This document shows, one piece after another, positions 47,201 through 60,000 of a DNA stretch of 64,000 bases. A program made the translations under genes and the position numbers. The DNA is from Caecitellus pseudoparvulus (Eukaryota > Protista > Bigyra: Bicosoecida). The stretch's first letter is position 1. Each line of letters starts with the position of its first letter. Under the pieces are notes generated by a model, which worked only from the letters and a program-made list of their open reading frames with translations, was not told the DNA's origin and did no database searches. The stretch is from NCBI GenBank assembly GCA_965644315.1, contig CBFFRQ010000068.1, positions 496,001 through 560,000 of the forward strand, given 5' to 3'.

Positions 47201-48492
47201 CTGTGACGGCTGGCGTGTGCGAGCCCAGCCCGCTGCTGCCGCCCGCGCGCTCCAGCACAGCCACTCGGGAGCCGTCACGGGGAGACAGGGTCACGACGGT
47301 GCCAGCAGCCGTGGCGGCGAAGAGGACCTCTCCCCCCTGACCCCAGGCTGTGTCCAGGACGCACTGCTGGGCAATGGACTCGGCATGGGCAGCTGTGAGC
47401 TCCGCCACCTCAGCGCCACCACCCACCGCCTGCAGATCTGGCAGGCCGCTGCCGTCAGTGGACGCCGCTAGCAGCCGCTGGGTGCCGGCCGACGGGGGTG
47501 GGGGCGGCAAGGCAGCCGCCGCGAAGGGTGCCACAGTGCCGGCCCTCTCCGAAGCCGCGACAAACGCCTGAACAAAGGCGAGACCCTTGGTCGCTGAAGC
47601 AGAGGTGTCTACCAGACCGGTGCTTGGCTCCACTTCTGACAGGTCCCGCCCCGCCACCGGTGCCGTCACGTACACATCCTCCTCGGCGGAACCTGGCGGC
47701 GGAGCTGGCGAGCCGTCCAACCGGCCACGGCGCACCACCACGTGGTGCACGTCATGCACCTCCCGAAGGGTGATGAACAGCACGCCAGCAGGCCCGCTGG
47801 CTGCCAGCGTCTCCCTGGACGTCGGCGAGAAGCTCAGCGCTGTGGGGCGGAAGGCAAGTGCTTGCGGCGGCTGGGTCAGCAGCCGCCCAGAGGCCACCTC
47901 CCACACTGCCATCTGGAATGAATCTCCATTGTCGCAGGCAGCAGCCACCCAGCAACCGTCTCTGTGGGGCAAATGTCGCTGCAGGTCTGGAATGGACGAG
48001 GCAGCTCGCTGCACAGGCGCACGCACCTTGACAAAGCCACAGCTCGCACATCCCCTGCACCTGGTAAGGTCAGCCGCTGCACTTCGCCTCCGTCTTTTGA
48101 AGACATCAGCGTGACATTTGCGTCCATGCCGTCATCATCGCTGCCGATGGCCAGCAGCCTGCGCGTGGAGCCGGGCTTGCTGCACAGCACTCGATGCGAG
48201 GTCGTGCGCGAGCCCAGCACGCACTGCTTCAGGGAGCACACTGCGACACATGACGCAGCAGCCAGTCCTTTCAGGGGGAGAAAGTCCACCTTCTCTGATC
48301 CAGTGTGCTGAATCGTCACTCCCTTGGCACCCACAATCCCGACAGTGCCCTGTGTCCGCGAATGGTGCTCGGATGCGATTGGGCCAAATTCCGCAGTACA
48401 GAGCAACCTCTCACCTCTCCCAGCGCCACGACCCCTCGGTCCACGCATCGCCCTTGCACCGCCAGCACTTCACTGGACAGTGCCCCGGCCAT
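41292..48492 (-). CDS. CFAP43: Cilia- and flagella-associated protein 43 (WD40 repeats plus coiled coil); 3 short 5' introns
   Basis: N-terminal WD40 blades (VATASTDGTLRVWD, LVTATADGS), then ERLSRDEFVVD, RSPAQRRTQILL, RALDDMMHGTL, LPQGLDE, DMQLLRVTKELQ and C-terminal LRRKTFPSF. Confidence 0.85.
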
Positions 48493-48803
48493 TCCTAGCT
48501 GTGTTCTCGCCCCCACGCCCTCTGCAATCCCAGCTGGGTGCTTGTCCAACTGTCGGCCTCCTGGCGCAAGCTTGCGTCTGCGGATGGACGATGCAGCGCA
48601 GCGTCTCCACGATTGGAGCGCACTTCCTGGTAGGCCTGTAACGCGGGCAGGTGAGAAATTGTGTGTCTCTATTTTGTACAGCGAGTGCAGTTGCCATTCG
48701 GTGAACACACTCACTTGTATTCAAAAATGAAGAAGGGGAGAAACATGCATGGTCAAGTGTTTTTCTACATAACTTCGAGGTTGAGACCATGACTGAAACC
48801 CAC

Positions 48804-48927
48804 CGAGTGGCACCAAGCCCCGACAAGCCTTTGCTGGTGATGATTCTTGCGGGGCTCCTCTGCGCAGCCCCCACTCGACCCGTAGGAGATTGGGGCGCCG
48901 GAGACGAGCCCGTTGCGGCTGAGCAGG
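48804..48927. ncRNA. Candidate structured non-coding element (nested stems; C-box/D-box-like motifs)
   Basis: CGAGTGG(48804-10)/CCACTCG(48871-77), AGCCCCG(48816-22)/CGGGGCT(48850-56), CAAG/CTTG. GTGATGA at 48837 and CTGA at 48919. Confidence 0.25.
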
Positions 48928-49080
48928 CAACGAACTGTTTTCGTCAAAACACCGCTGCCCAGTTCAATTGCAACTCTTGCCACGTGGAAAGCCGCCTCCT
49001 GCCTTTCAGTTCTATACCCAGCCTGCTCTCAGGTTCAGCACAGCAGCCTTCCTGTCCGGTGCATTGACTTGCCGAGCAGC

Positions 49081-52000
49081 ATGCCATTGCTGAGCGCATT
49101 TCGTTCCCCCGCCCTGGGCGAGGCTGAGGCTGCACAGACGACCTCAGCTCTGAACGGGTGCCTGTTCGAGCACCCACGAAAGGATGGCACGCAAGTGGAA
49201 GTGCTGGGTCTGCAGTCTGAATGGAGATTCTACGGGCAGCACGAGGACCCCAGCGTCGAGAGCTGGGCGGAGCTACCAGCCGCAGGTGCGTGCCAGCGGG
49301 TACAGGAGACTTGTCATGGATCTGAAAACAGGGTGATGCAAGTGTGTAGTCATTTAGACCCACAAACCATTGTTTGATGTGGTTAAAATGCTCTCAATGC
49401 TGCATTACGATGGCAGATGCAGCCTGCGGAATCTTGTGCTGGAGCCATTTTCCGCATCCCACCCAGGCCTTCTTGCCTGCCCTGTCGCAGATGTGGAGAA
49501 AGTCACCTGGCTTTTGAGCGAAACGTTCGATCCAAAGGGGTTCAGCTTCTCCCCCCTCGTGACCCCGCCCGCGGAAGCCTCCGAGGGGGTGTGGAGCAGG
49601 GTGCTGGAGATGGGGCCGAGGCTGACGTTCACGTCCCCTTGGAGCACCAACGCTGTCAGCATCCTACGCGCTGCTGGGATCCCCATCTTGCGCCTGGAGC
49701 GATACAGACGCCTGTGCTTCCTGACCAATGTGGCGCTGGAGGAGGCTGAGGTGGCGCTGCTTGCCGCCAGTTTGCATGATCGTATGACCGAGATGGTTCT
49801 GGACCGGCCTCTGGACACGTTTGACACCGGTGCGGCCCCCGAGGCCTGGTACGAAGTGCCTGTGCTGGAGAAAGGAGCGGCTGCAATTGCTGCTGAGAAT
49901 GCGGCGTCTGGACTGGGCCTGGATGACTGGGATGTCGCCTATTACACCGAGTTGTTTCGCGAGCGGCTGCAGCGTAACCCGACTAATGTGGAGCTGTTCG
50001 ACATATCCCAATCGAATTCCGAGCACTCCCGGCATTGGTTCTTCAAGGCCCGCATGGTAATTGACGGCAAGGAACAGCCGGAGACGTTGATGGACGTGGT
50101 GGGCGCGACCTTGAAGGCCTCCCCTGGCAACTCCATCGTGGCCTTCGCAGACAACAGCAGCGCCATCCAGGGCTTCACCGGCCTGCACTTCATGCCATCC
50201 GCGGTGCAGGCTACGGATGTTGCTGCCGGGCCGGCCCCCTTTTCCGCCCAGCAGCGCATGCGGCACTTGCTCTTGACCGCGGAAACGCACAACTTTCCAT
50301 GCGGGGTCGCGCCTCTGCCCGGCGCGGAGACTGGTGCAGGAGGGCGCATCCGCGACACACACGCAACTGGAACGGGGTCCCTCGTGGCAGCTGGAACTGC
50401 CGGCTATTGTGTCGGCAACCTTCACATTCCTGGGTATGTGCTGCCGTGGGAACAGGCTGCCTCAGACTTTGCATACCCACCCAACTTTGCCCAGCCCCTC
50501 ACCATCGCCGTTCAAGCATCCAACGGCGCCTCAGACTACGGCAACAAATTCGGCGAGCCCCTGATCGCAGGATTCATGCGAAGCTTCGGCATGCGCCAGG
50601 CAAGTGGGCGTCGCAGGGAGTGGGTGAAGCCGATCATGTTCTCCGCTGGCATTGGCTTCTTGGACGCAGCCCACGCCGTGAAGGGGAAGCCAGAACCCGG
50701 CATGCTCATCACCAAAGTTGGAGGCCCCGCGTACAGGATCGGTATTGGAGGGTCAGCTGCCTCCAGCATGGTGCAAGGCGACAACCGGGCGGAGCTGGAC
50801 TTTGATGCGGTGCAGCGAGGCGATGCAGAGATGGAAAGCAAGATGAACCGTGTCATTCGCGCCTGCGTCGAGCTAGGGGAAGGCAACCCCATCGTGTCCA
50901 TCCACGATCAAGGTGCAGGTGGCAACTGCAACGTCCTCAAGGAGATTTGCGAGCCCTTGGGAGGCCGCATTCACATCCGGGCTCTGCCATGTGGCGACCC
51001 CACCATGTCCGTGCTGGAGTTGTGGGGCAGTGAGTACCAGGAGAACAACGCCTTGCTGCTGCGACCTGCAGATGCCCCACTCTTCACCGCACTATGCGAG
51101 CGGGAGCGAGTCCCGCACGCCTTCGTCGGAACTGTGTCTTCAGATGGACAAGTGCAGGTCATCGATGATGTGGACGGCACCAAGCCCGTGGACATGGACA
51201 TCGAGGCCGTGCTGGGCGGCATGCCGCAAAAGACTTTCTCATTTTCTCGCACCCCAAGGGCCTTGCTTCCCTTTGAACCCCCTCCAGGCACCACAGTCGC
51301 GACAGCGCTCAACAGGGTGCTGCGACTGCTCGCTGTGGGCTCCAAGCGCTTCCTCACAAACAAAGTTGACAGAAGTGTGACAGGGCTCGTCGCTCAGCAG
51401 CAATGTGTTGGTCCACTGCACACTCCCCTCGCTGACTGCGCCGTGGTTGCGTCCTCCTTCTTTTCCCAAACAGGGGTGGCGAGCTCCATCGGCGAAGCGC
51501 CCCTCAAGGGGCTGGTGTCCAACGCGGCTCAAGCGCGCATGACGGTCGCGGAAGCCGTCACAAACCTCATGGGTGCGCCCATCACAAAGCTAGCAGACGC
51601 AAAGTGCAGTGGGAATTGGATGTGGGCAGCAAAGCTGGATGGTGAGGGTGCGGACCTGTGGGACACAGCCATCGCCATGCGGGATGCGATGCTAGAGCTG
51701 GGACTAGCTGTGGATGGCGGCAAAGACTCGCTGTCCATGGCGGCAAAAGCTCCTGACGGTGAAGTTGTCAAGGCTCCAGGACAGCTGGTGCTGTCTTTGT
51801 ATGCCCCATGCACCGACATCACGCGAGTAGTTACGCCTGACATCAAGGCCGCCGGCTCCAGCTCCTTGCTGCTGCTGGACTGCTCGCGTGCTCCTGGCTC
51901 GGAAGCAGCACCCCAGGCGAGGCTGGGCGGGTCAGCTCTGGCTCAGGTGTACGGCCAGATTGGCGCCGAGGCACCAGATTTGTCCAACCCCTCTCATCTC

Positions 52001-53545
52001 GGGCTCATGTTTGCTGCCGTGAACACGTTAGTCAAGCGCGGGGAAGCAGCACTCGCCACTCCCTTCTCCTTGGCTGAGGGCATGGATGAGCAGGCAGCTG
52101 ATGTGACACTGTGGGCTACTGGTGTGACCGGCGCTGCATTCTCCACGGGGCCTGCACACGAACCAGTCATCCTTGCGCTTCATGATCGCTCTGATGGTGG
52201 CTTGCTCGTCGCGCTTCTCGAGATGGCATTCGCAGGAGCCTGTGGCCTGGAAGTGGACCTGCCTTGCCCTCCAGGGAGCTCTGCCTTGGGCGAATGTTTC
52301 GCCGAGGAGGTGGGAGTGGTGATTGAGGTCCACAACGACATGCTTGCCCGGGTGCAGACCTGGCTGGCTGAGGCTGGCGTGCACAGTGCGTGCGTCGGGA
52401 CAACGACCGTGGGGGCTGGCCTGCGGGTGAGTGTTGGCGGGGAGACTGTGCTCAGCACGCAGACTGCGGCACAGTCATGCCCCTCGACAGACCCAGCCTT
52501 GTCTACATGTGAAGATGACGCTCTGTTGCGTGCGTTTTCGTTGAACCAGTGGCGGGATGTGTGGGAGTGCACCTCCTTCCAGCTCGAGCGACGCCAGAGC
52601 AACCCGGCGTGCGTTGAGCAAGAGCAAGCTGCGCTGTCGAAGCCAAGAGAAACATCCCTGAGCCTCTCATTCACGCCAACACCCACACCCCAGCACTGGC
52701 TCGGGGATTCACGCCCGTCAGTCATGGTTTTGCGCGAGGAGGGAACGAACGGCGACCGTGAGCTAGCCGCAGCTTTTCACATGGCGGGGTTCGAGACCTG
52801 GGATGTCAGCATGTCAGACCTGCTGGCAGGCCGCATCACGCTGGACCGCTTCTCAGGAATCGCTGCTGCGGGCGGCTTTTCTTACGCCGACGTGTTGGAC
52901 TCAGCCAAGGGCTGGGCTGGCTCCATCAAGTTCAGCGCCAGTCTATCAGCACAGTTTCAGAGGTTCGTGAACGAGCGCCAAGACACGTTCTCTCTCGGAA
53001 TTTGCAATGGATGCCAGCTCTTTGCTTTGCTCGGCATCGTGCCCTTCCCAAGTGAAGCCTTGCCTGGCGCACAGCAACCCCGCTTCGTACACAACCGCTC
53101 TGGGCGGTATGAGAGCCGCTTCGTGGCAGTGCAGATCCAAGAGGACTCCAAGGCAATCATGCTGCAAGGCATGCAAGGGAGCAGGTTGGGTGTCTGGGTG
53201 GCACACGGCGAAGGCCGTGCCTTTTTCCCCGACACGGACGTGGTTGACCGTGTGCTGGAGCAAGGCCTGGCTCCCCTGAGGTACGTGGCTGGGGACGACA
53301 CAGAGCCAGCGGAAGGCTACCCAGCAAACCCCAACGGCAGCCCACACGGCATCGCAGCCCTCTGCTCTCCTGATGGGCGCCACCTGGCAATGATGCCACA
53401 CCCTGAACGTGCAAGTCACCTGTGGCAGTGGCCCCACCTCCCGGCCGCCTGGGCTCGAGGCCCAGACGCGCTGCGTGCTTCACCGTGGCTGAAAATGTTT
53501 CAGAACGCCAGAGAGTGGGTCCAAGCCCACAAAGTGGCCCAGTAA
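49081..53545 (+). CDS. PFAS: Phosphoribosylformylglycinamidine synthase (large PurL/Ade6); intron 49286-49490
   Basis: HDRMTE, QSNSEHSRHWFF, AETHNFP, GAETGAGGRIRD, IHDQGAGG, SKRFLTNKVDRSV, GGKDSLSM, glutaminase GICNGCQ and MMPHPER. Confidence 0.97.
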
Positions 53546-54083
53546 TGGAAAGGGGAATGCACCTCGCTTCACGATGCAGTTGTCTGCACCACCCGCTGCT
53601 GCTCAAGAGCAGCCCCAGCATGCTGGAAACATCGCTCACGCTCCATGTCCACCAGAGAATTCAGATGCGCGGAAGAATGTTCCACTCGAAGGTGAAATTT
53701 GGCTGTCTGCAATGGGCGAAGATGTCCAAGCTATTGGGGTTGAAGTGGTCACCGATGGACACGCGCAAGGCAACCACCGCAATGGGGGGTGTCAGAGAAA
53801 GCCGAACAAGAAGCAAACCTCCAAAACCATTCATGCCTTCCTACAAGAAGCCCTGCGGGAGATCTGATCGTCGGACTGGGGGTGCAAAGCACAGGGTATC
53901 GCTCCGCACTATCGACAAGTGACGGGAAAATAGCCACACCACAGGATCTTGAGCACTCACCGTCTGCGCGAGGGCGCAGCAGGTAGCAAGGCATAGCTGG
54001 CCAATGCCACTGCTAGACGCATGCACAAGTCGCCGCCATCGCTGACAGACCGGCAAAGGAAGCGGACGTGACGTGGCGAAACG

Positions 54084-57000
54084 ATGGTCTGGTGCACTGC
54101 ACTTCCTCGCCAGCGCGGCGAGCCGGCCAGCTGGCAGCAGCGCAGCCATTGCTGGGCGCAAAGCAAAGGCGTATCGTCTCGTTTGTATGTATTTGCCACA
54201 GTTGTAACTCTTCTTACACTCTGGATGACAGCGGAAGCGGTGAGTGCCGTTGCCCGGTGATGCGATGTGCCTCCTTGCCCACTGGGTGGCTGTTGGAATT
54301 GCGCATTGCCCTCCGACAAAATGAAGGTCCTTTGTGGTGCTCACTTTGCGGCACACCACGGCAGAGCCCTGTTGCGAAACCGGCAACTCTATCGTCAACG
54401 TTTGTCGCTTCACGTTTGCCACTTGACTTTGGCACACATGGACTCGATCTTTATCTCGTCCAAATTGCGCAGAGCTGCCCACTTGGGGAAGGTAGGCTAT
54501 TCTCATTCCTTCCTTGTGGGCCGTGTTTGGGAGGCAGGTATGGAGACGGAGGGAACTCTTGCAAATCTTGTGGACAAGTGAGTGAAAGCGAGTCGAATCT
54601 GGGTGCGGGCGAGAGGTCGAGCAACGCAGCTCCTTACCACACCCGAGCACCTCACACACAGGGCCGTTCAAGTAGCTTTAGAAGCTCAACTTGCGCGGAT
54701 TGTTCAGCTGGTCAGTGGCGCCTGGTGCTGTGTTTGTTTTTCTGCACATCTTGCACAACCATTTCTGCCTCACTGTCGATATTGCAGGTCGAGCTTCAAG
54801 TGACAACACCGAGAACTCACCGTGCCCAGGGTGCCCTCAAGGGAGGTATTCTGGCTCTGGACAGACGTCGTGCACGCTGTGTGCTGCTGGTAGATTTTCA
54901 GCGGCAGAGACAGCACCCCCCAACCCGTGCACCGATTGTGCAGCTGGCGAGGTATCTGCGGAAGGTGCAACAGCCTGCACGCAGTGCGTCATCGGGAGGT
55001 ATGAGGACAACAATGTGTGCACTGATTGCAATGGTGGCCAATTTTCGGACACTGCGGGGCTCCCGGCTTGCAAGCTCTGCGAAACTGGCAAGTATTCACC
55101 AGCAACAGGAACGCAGTCATCTTGCCAGAACTGCACCAATGGCTACTACCAGGACCAAGGAGGGCTAGGGGAGTGTAAATCTTGTCAAAGTGGGCGTTTT
55201 TCGGTTGGGGAAATGAGTTTCGCAGCTTGTACTCGTTGCCAAGTGGGGACCTACCAATCTTCCACCACCTCAACAACATGCGTCGAGTGTCCGATTGGGA
55301 AGACAACGCACACTTTGGGTGCTTCGGCAGAAACAGAGTGTACACCGTGTCCTGCTGGCCAAGAGACCTTGCTAGGATCACCCGTTTGCGTGAACTGCAC
55401 AGCTGGGCAGCACAACCCGACCCCCGGAGGATCCTGCATGCCTTGTCCGACTGGGGAATACGCAAGCTCACCAGGCTCAACAGCTTGTGATGTGTGCAGT
55501 GCTGGCAAGTACTCGACGGGGGCAGCGACGGCGTGTACGGATTGCGAGGCGGGGCGGTATGGAGCATTACCGGGAGCATCAAGTTGCCCTGAGTGCGAGG
55601 ACACGGAGTACCAACCTAACGTCGGGCGCACATCATGCCTCTCTTGCCCGAACAACCGAGGAAGCAACCTGCCGCGAGACAGCATCGGGGCATGTGTGTC
55701 AGCATCGCCATCTGCGACCAGCACCGTGACGCCCACTCCAAGCAACACAGCGACGCCCAGCGTCACACCATCTGTAACGTCGTCTGTGTCTGGAACCGCC
55801 ACATCCACTCCCACGCCCTCCAACACACCAAGCATGACTGGAACACCAAGTGTAACACCAAGTGTGACACCATCTGTGTCCGGAACTGTCACGCCGAGTG
55901 TCACGGCCACTGTCACCGTCACTCCCACCGTCACTCCCTCCTCAACTGTTACCCCGACAGTGACGCCCAGCATCACGCCTTCCGTGTCCCCCAACCGCAT
56001 CCCCGGTGCAGTGCGCGCCCTCAACGACACCGTCTCCCTGCGACTTGCACACCCTGCCACCACAGACATCACAGTGCTTGTGCAGTGCCACGAGTACGCC
56101 TTCACCGTGTCCACCAACACGTCGTGGCTGCAGCATGTGGGCAATGTGACGTACGGCGACCCCCGTGTGCAGGTGCCGGACCTGGTGACGCTGCGGGTGT
56201 CCACGGGTGGCTTGGCCCGGGGTGTGCACAGTGGCAGTGTGGTGTTCAGTGTGGAGGAGGACGTGCTGACGGGGCTGCCGTCGAGCGCGAGTATGGCCGT
56301 GCATGTGGAGGTGACTGGGCCGCAGGTGCTGGCGGTGGCGTTGGTGGAGTCAGGGGAGGTGAACATGGTGTCTGCGAAGGGCTCTGTGCGCGACTCTGCG
56401 GTGCCGCTGCGCATTGAGAACAGCGGGGAGGAGGCTGACAGCAATGTGAGTGTGGTGGTGGGTGTGGCAGAGCCCGTGGGTGCTGGTCTGGATGCGGTGA
56501 CGCAGACTGAGCTGCTGGAGGTGTTGACGCTGCAGGGCACAGTGGTGGGGCGGCGGCTGAGCAGCGCACTGACGGTGGGTGCGGGGGAGTCCATGGAGCT
56601 GCTGGTGCGGGGCCCCACTGCCATCGTGCCTGATGACGTCAACGCGTACCGTGTGCCGCTGCACGTGTACAGCTCCACTCCGCCTGGCGGGGTCGTGCAG
56701 AGCTTCAGCGTGTTCTTCCGGTCCACGGGCGCCTTCCTGTGCATGGCAGACGGCGCTGTGGAGCTGGCGCCCATGGCCAGGTCGGTGCTGCCGCTGCAGC
56801 TGTACACCATGGACTCTCAGCGGGCGCAGGAGCTGAGTGTGGGCGTGTCTGGGCAGGGGGGGGGTGATGGGTCGTGGCTGGCGGCGGGCAGTGTGCCAGC
56901 CTCCATCGCGGCGCGTGCTGCGCCTGTGCCGTTGTGGCTGACGGCACGGTACGGGGGCACGGGCGCATTGAGTGGTGCTCAGGTGCCAGGTCTGGGTGTG

Positions 57001-60000
57001 GCGGCACTGGATGCTGCGCCGGAGTCCAACACGGCCCAGCTGACGCTGCGCACGCGGGGGGCGCCTGATCCCAACTCCACCCAGCATGTGGGGCAGGACG
57101 CCCAGTCAGTGAACATCACGGGGCTGCCAGTGTACGGCGCGCTGTCGCCGTGGGCGTCATCTGCAACGGTGCCGCGCACTGTGGTGTCGGCAGATGTGCA
57201 GCCTGTGGTGTGTGTGTCGTTGCGGGATGTGGTGGGTGTGGCGTCGCCACTGGGCCTGGGGCAGGTGGAGGTGGAGGGAGCCTTCCTGGCTGATGGGCAG
57301 GGCAGGGCAGTGGGGGCCGTGCCACGTGTGGAGGGGATGTGGCGGTCCTTGCCTGTCACAGTGAGCAGCGACGCAGGCGCTGTGCAGCAGCAGTGTGGCG
57401 GCGTGGCGGGGTCGACGCATGTGGTGCAGGTGCAGCCGCCATCGACGGGCATGCTGCGTGTGAGTGTGAGTGTGCCGTGGGGGGCGGGGGGCGGTGTGGG
57501 TGTGGATGGTGGGGGTGCGGGTGAGGTGGTGATCGTGGTGCAGCGTGCGGCATGTCGTGGGCGTGGGACACAGGTGACGGGGGACGGGCTGCGGTGTGAG
57601 TGCCAGGTGGGGTATGAGCCTGTGGAGGGCGGTGTGGTGCAGGGCGCGGCAGGTGGCGTGTCTGTGACGGCTTGCCAGCCGTGCTTGCCGGGGTATGTCA
57701 GTGGTGGGGGCCAGGCTGAGTGCGGTCCATGTGCGGCTGAGGAGTTCTCGTACCCTGGGTCAGCCGCTTGTCGCAAGTGCCCAGGCAACACCATCTGCGA
57801 CAACGGACTGTTGTATGTGCGGAAGGGGTTCTTCCCTGACCCGGCGGTGGACATGCGGGACGTGCAGAGCGGGGACCGCTTCTACTCCTGCCTGAACCGC
57901 CAGGCATGTGTGGTGGTGTCTGAGCTGGTGGCGGGGGGCGACGTGTACCAGAGCAAGGAAGGCGGCGTGGTGGCGCCGTCAGGTGGTGTCGCGGACAGCA
58001 GCAGCGGGTCGGAGGAGGTGGCAGAGCAGGAGCTGTGTGCTGAGGGGTATGCGGGTCCGTTGTGCGCGGTGTGTGCTGAGGGGTATGCGGGGTCAGGTGA
58101 GCAGTGTTTCAAGTGTTGGTCCATGGGCGCGAACTTGGGTGTGACGGCCTTGATCCTGCTGGCAGTGGGGGCGTTTGTGGCGAACAACGTGAGTAGCAGT
58201 CCGTTCCGGAAGCAGAGTCGCAAGGTGGCACGTCAGCTGCGGCAGTATGACCAGCTGCAGGGCTTGCCGCCGCCGGTGTACTCTGACGAGGATGCGTGGC
58301 GGCACGACCCACGTGTGTTGGAGCGGATGCGGACGTTGAAGGGTGGCAAGGCTGTGACGTTGGTGCTGATTCGTGTGGCGCTGAATACGTTTCAAGTCGT
58401 CGCGTCCATCGCAGCCTTCAATCTGCCTCGGCCACAGGTCCTCTCGCAGCTCTTTTCTGTGTCCAGCTCCGCAGAGGGCCTGAACCTGTCCTTGTTCCCG
58501 GTGCAGTGCGCGAGTGGCCTGAGCTTCTTTGGTCGCTTCTGGACGACCATGCTTTTCCCTCCCTTGGCTGCTTTAGTTCCAGCGGCCGTGATGGCGTCCC
58601 TGTATGCAGTCCAAACTGGCTTTGGAGGACGCACATCCCCCCTCGCTTGTGCTTGGAATAGCAAGAAGCGCGCGCAAACGCACTTTCCGGGGCAGTCTGC
58701 TCTGTCCGCTCGTGGCAAACCAATGTCAACATCCCAAAAGCTCGCAAGTTCTTCTATCTTCAAGGGACGCGGAGCAAAGAACTTCTTCTCCAGAGCGCTG
58801 GGCCGACGGAAACCAAGCCCTCTTGCTGCAAGTGGTGCTAAGTCAGGGTCCGCGGTTCCGAGCGCACTAGAGAAAACCACGCCAATGGGCTCCGTCGCTT
58901 TCGAAGGAAATATGCCAACCCTTGCTTCTTATCTTCAAGGGAGTATCGGTGTGTCCACGGCCCTGCTCTTCATCCTGTACCCTGGCATCATGCGGCAGGT
59001 TTTGACTGCTTTCAACACCTACGGCGACGTGATCGGCGGGGAGACGTACCTGACGGGGGACTTTGCCGTGTCCACATCTGACCCGCAGTACACGGCGGTG
59101 TGGGCGACAGCGCTGGTGGCTGTGGTGGTGTACCTGGTGGGCATCCCCGCATCGGCGCTGTACTTGCTGTACCGCCGCCGGTCCCAGCTGGCTGATCCGT
59201 CCATGCGGGACACGTACGCGATGCTGTATGCGGGGTACCGGCTGCAGGGGCGTGTGTACCTGTGGGAGGGGGTGGTGTTGGCTCGCAAGGTGTCGTTTGC
59301 GTTCCTGTCGGTGTTCATGAGCAACGGGTTCCTGCAGGCGCACATCGGGCTGGCGTTGCTGTGTGTGTCGTTGATGATGCACTTGACAGTGCGTCCGTTC
59401 TCGTACGCGGTGGCGAACTCGTTGGAGACGGCGTCGCTGGGCGTGTCGGCCTTTTGCTTGATGGGGCTGCTGTACCTGTCCAGCCAGCAGCAGTTTGACT
59501 CTCTGTGGTCTTCCAGGCAGCTCTCCACAGGATCGCGCGAGTTCAGCACAGCGCAGGAGACGACAGCAGACCAGTTCCCTGTGAACATCTGGCTGCATGA
59601 GGGCGCCCGTGAGCTGGGGGCTGCAGCGATGCAGGCGCTGAACGGCACGGCTGCAGCTGCGTCTGGTGTGTGGACTCGGTACTTGCCAGCTGTGGACGCG
59701 GCGGCAGCGTTTGACTACGCTTCGAACGTGAGTGCGAGCAGTGGGATGTCGGCGTTGGGGTGGAATGAGACGTTTGTGGGTCGTGTGGGGGGTGTGACGA
59801 TGGTGCGCGAGAGCATGGTGGTGGGCGTCGAGGGAGGTGGTCTGCGTGATGCGCCTGGAGCGTTGTTGGCAGCGGAGGACACGAGTGCGCAGGACGCAGT
59901 GAACATCAATGCGAGTGCACGGGAGATCGGAGTGGTCATTCTCATGATTATCGCTATTGTGGGCCTTCTGCTGGCCTATATTTTTTCGATGGTTCGGTAT

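Noticed and set aside
48789-49067. 92-aa ORF with a hydrophobic stretch and a CxxCH (CNSCH) heme-like motif
   Set aside because: Short, in a divergent promoter region, with no other cytochrome c features or coding-like codon bias. A chance motif is likely.
53546-54083. Small ORFs between PFAS and the receptor gene
   Set aside because: No family motif, no consistent splice model, and overlapping frames of similar length.
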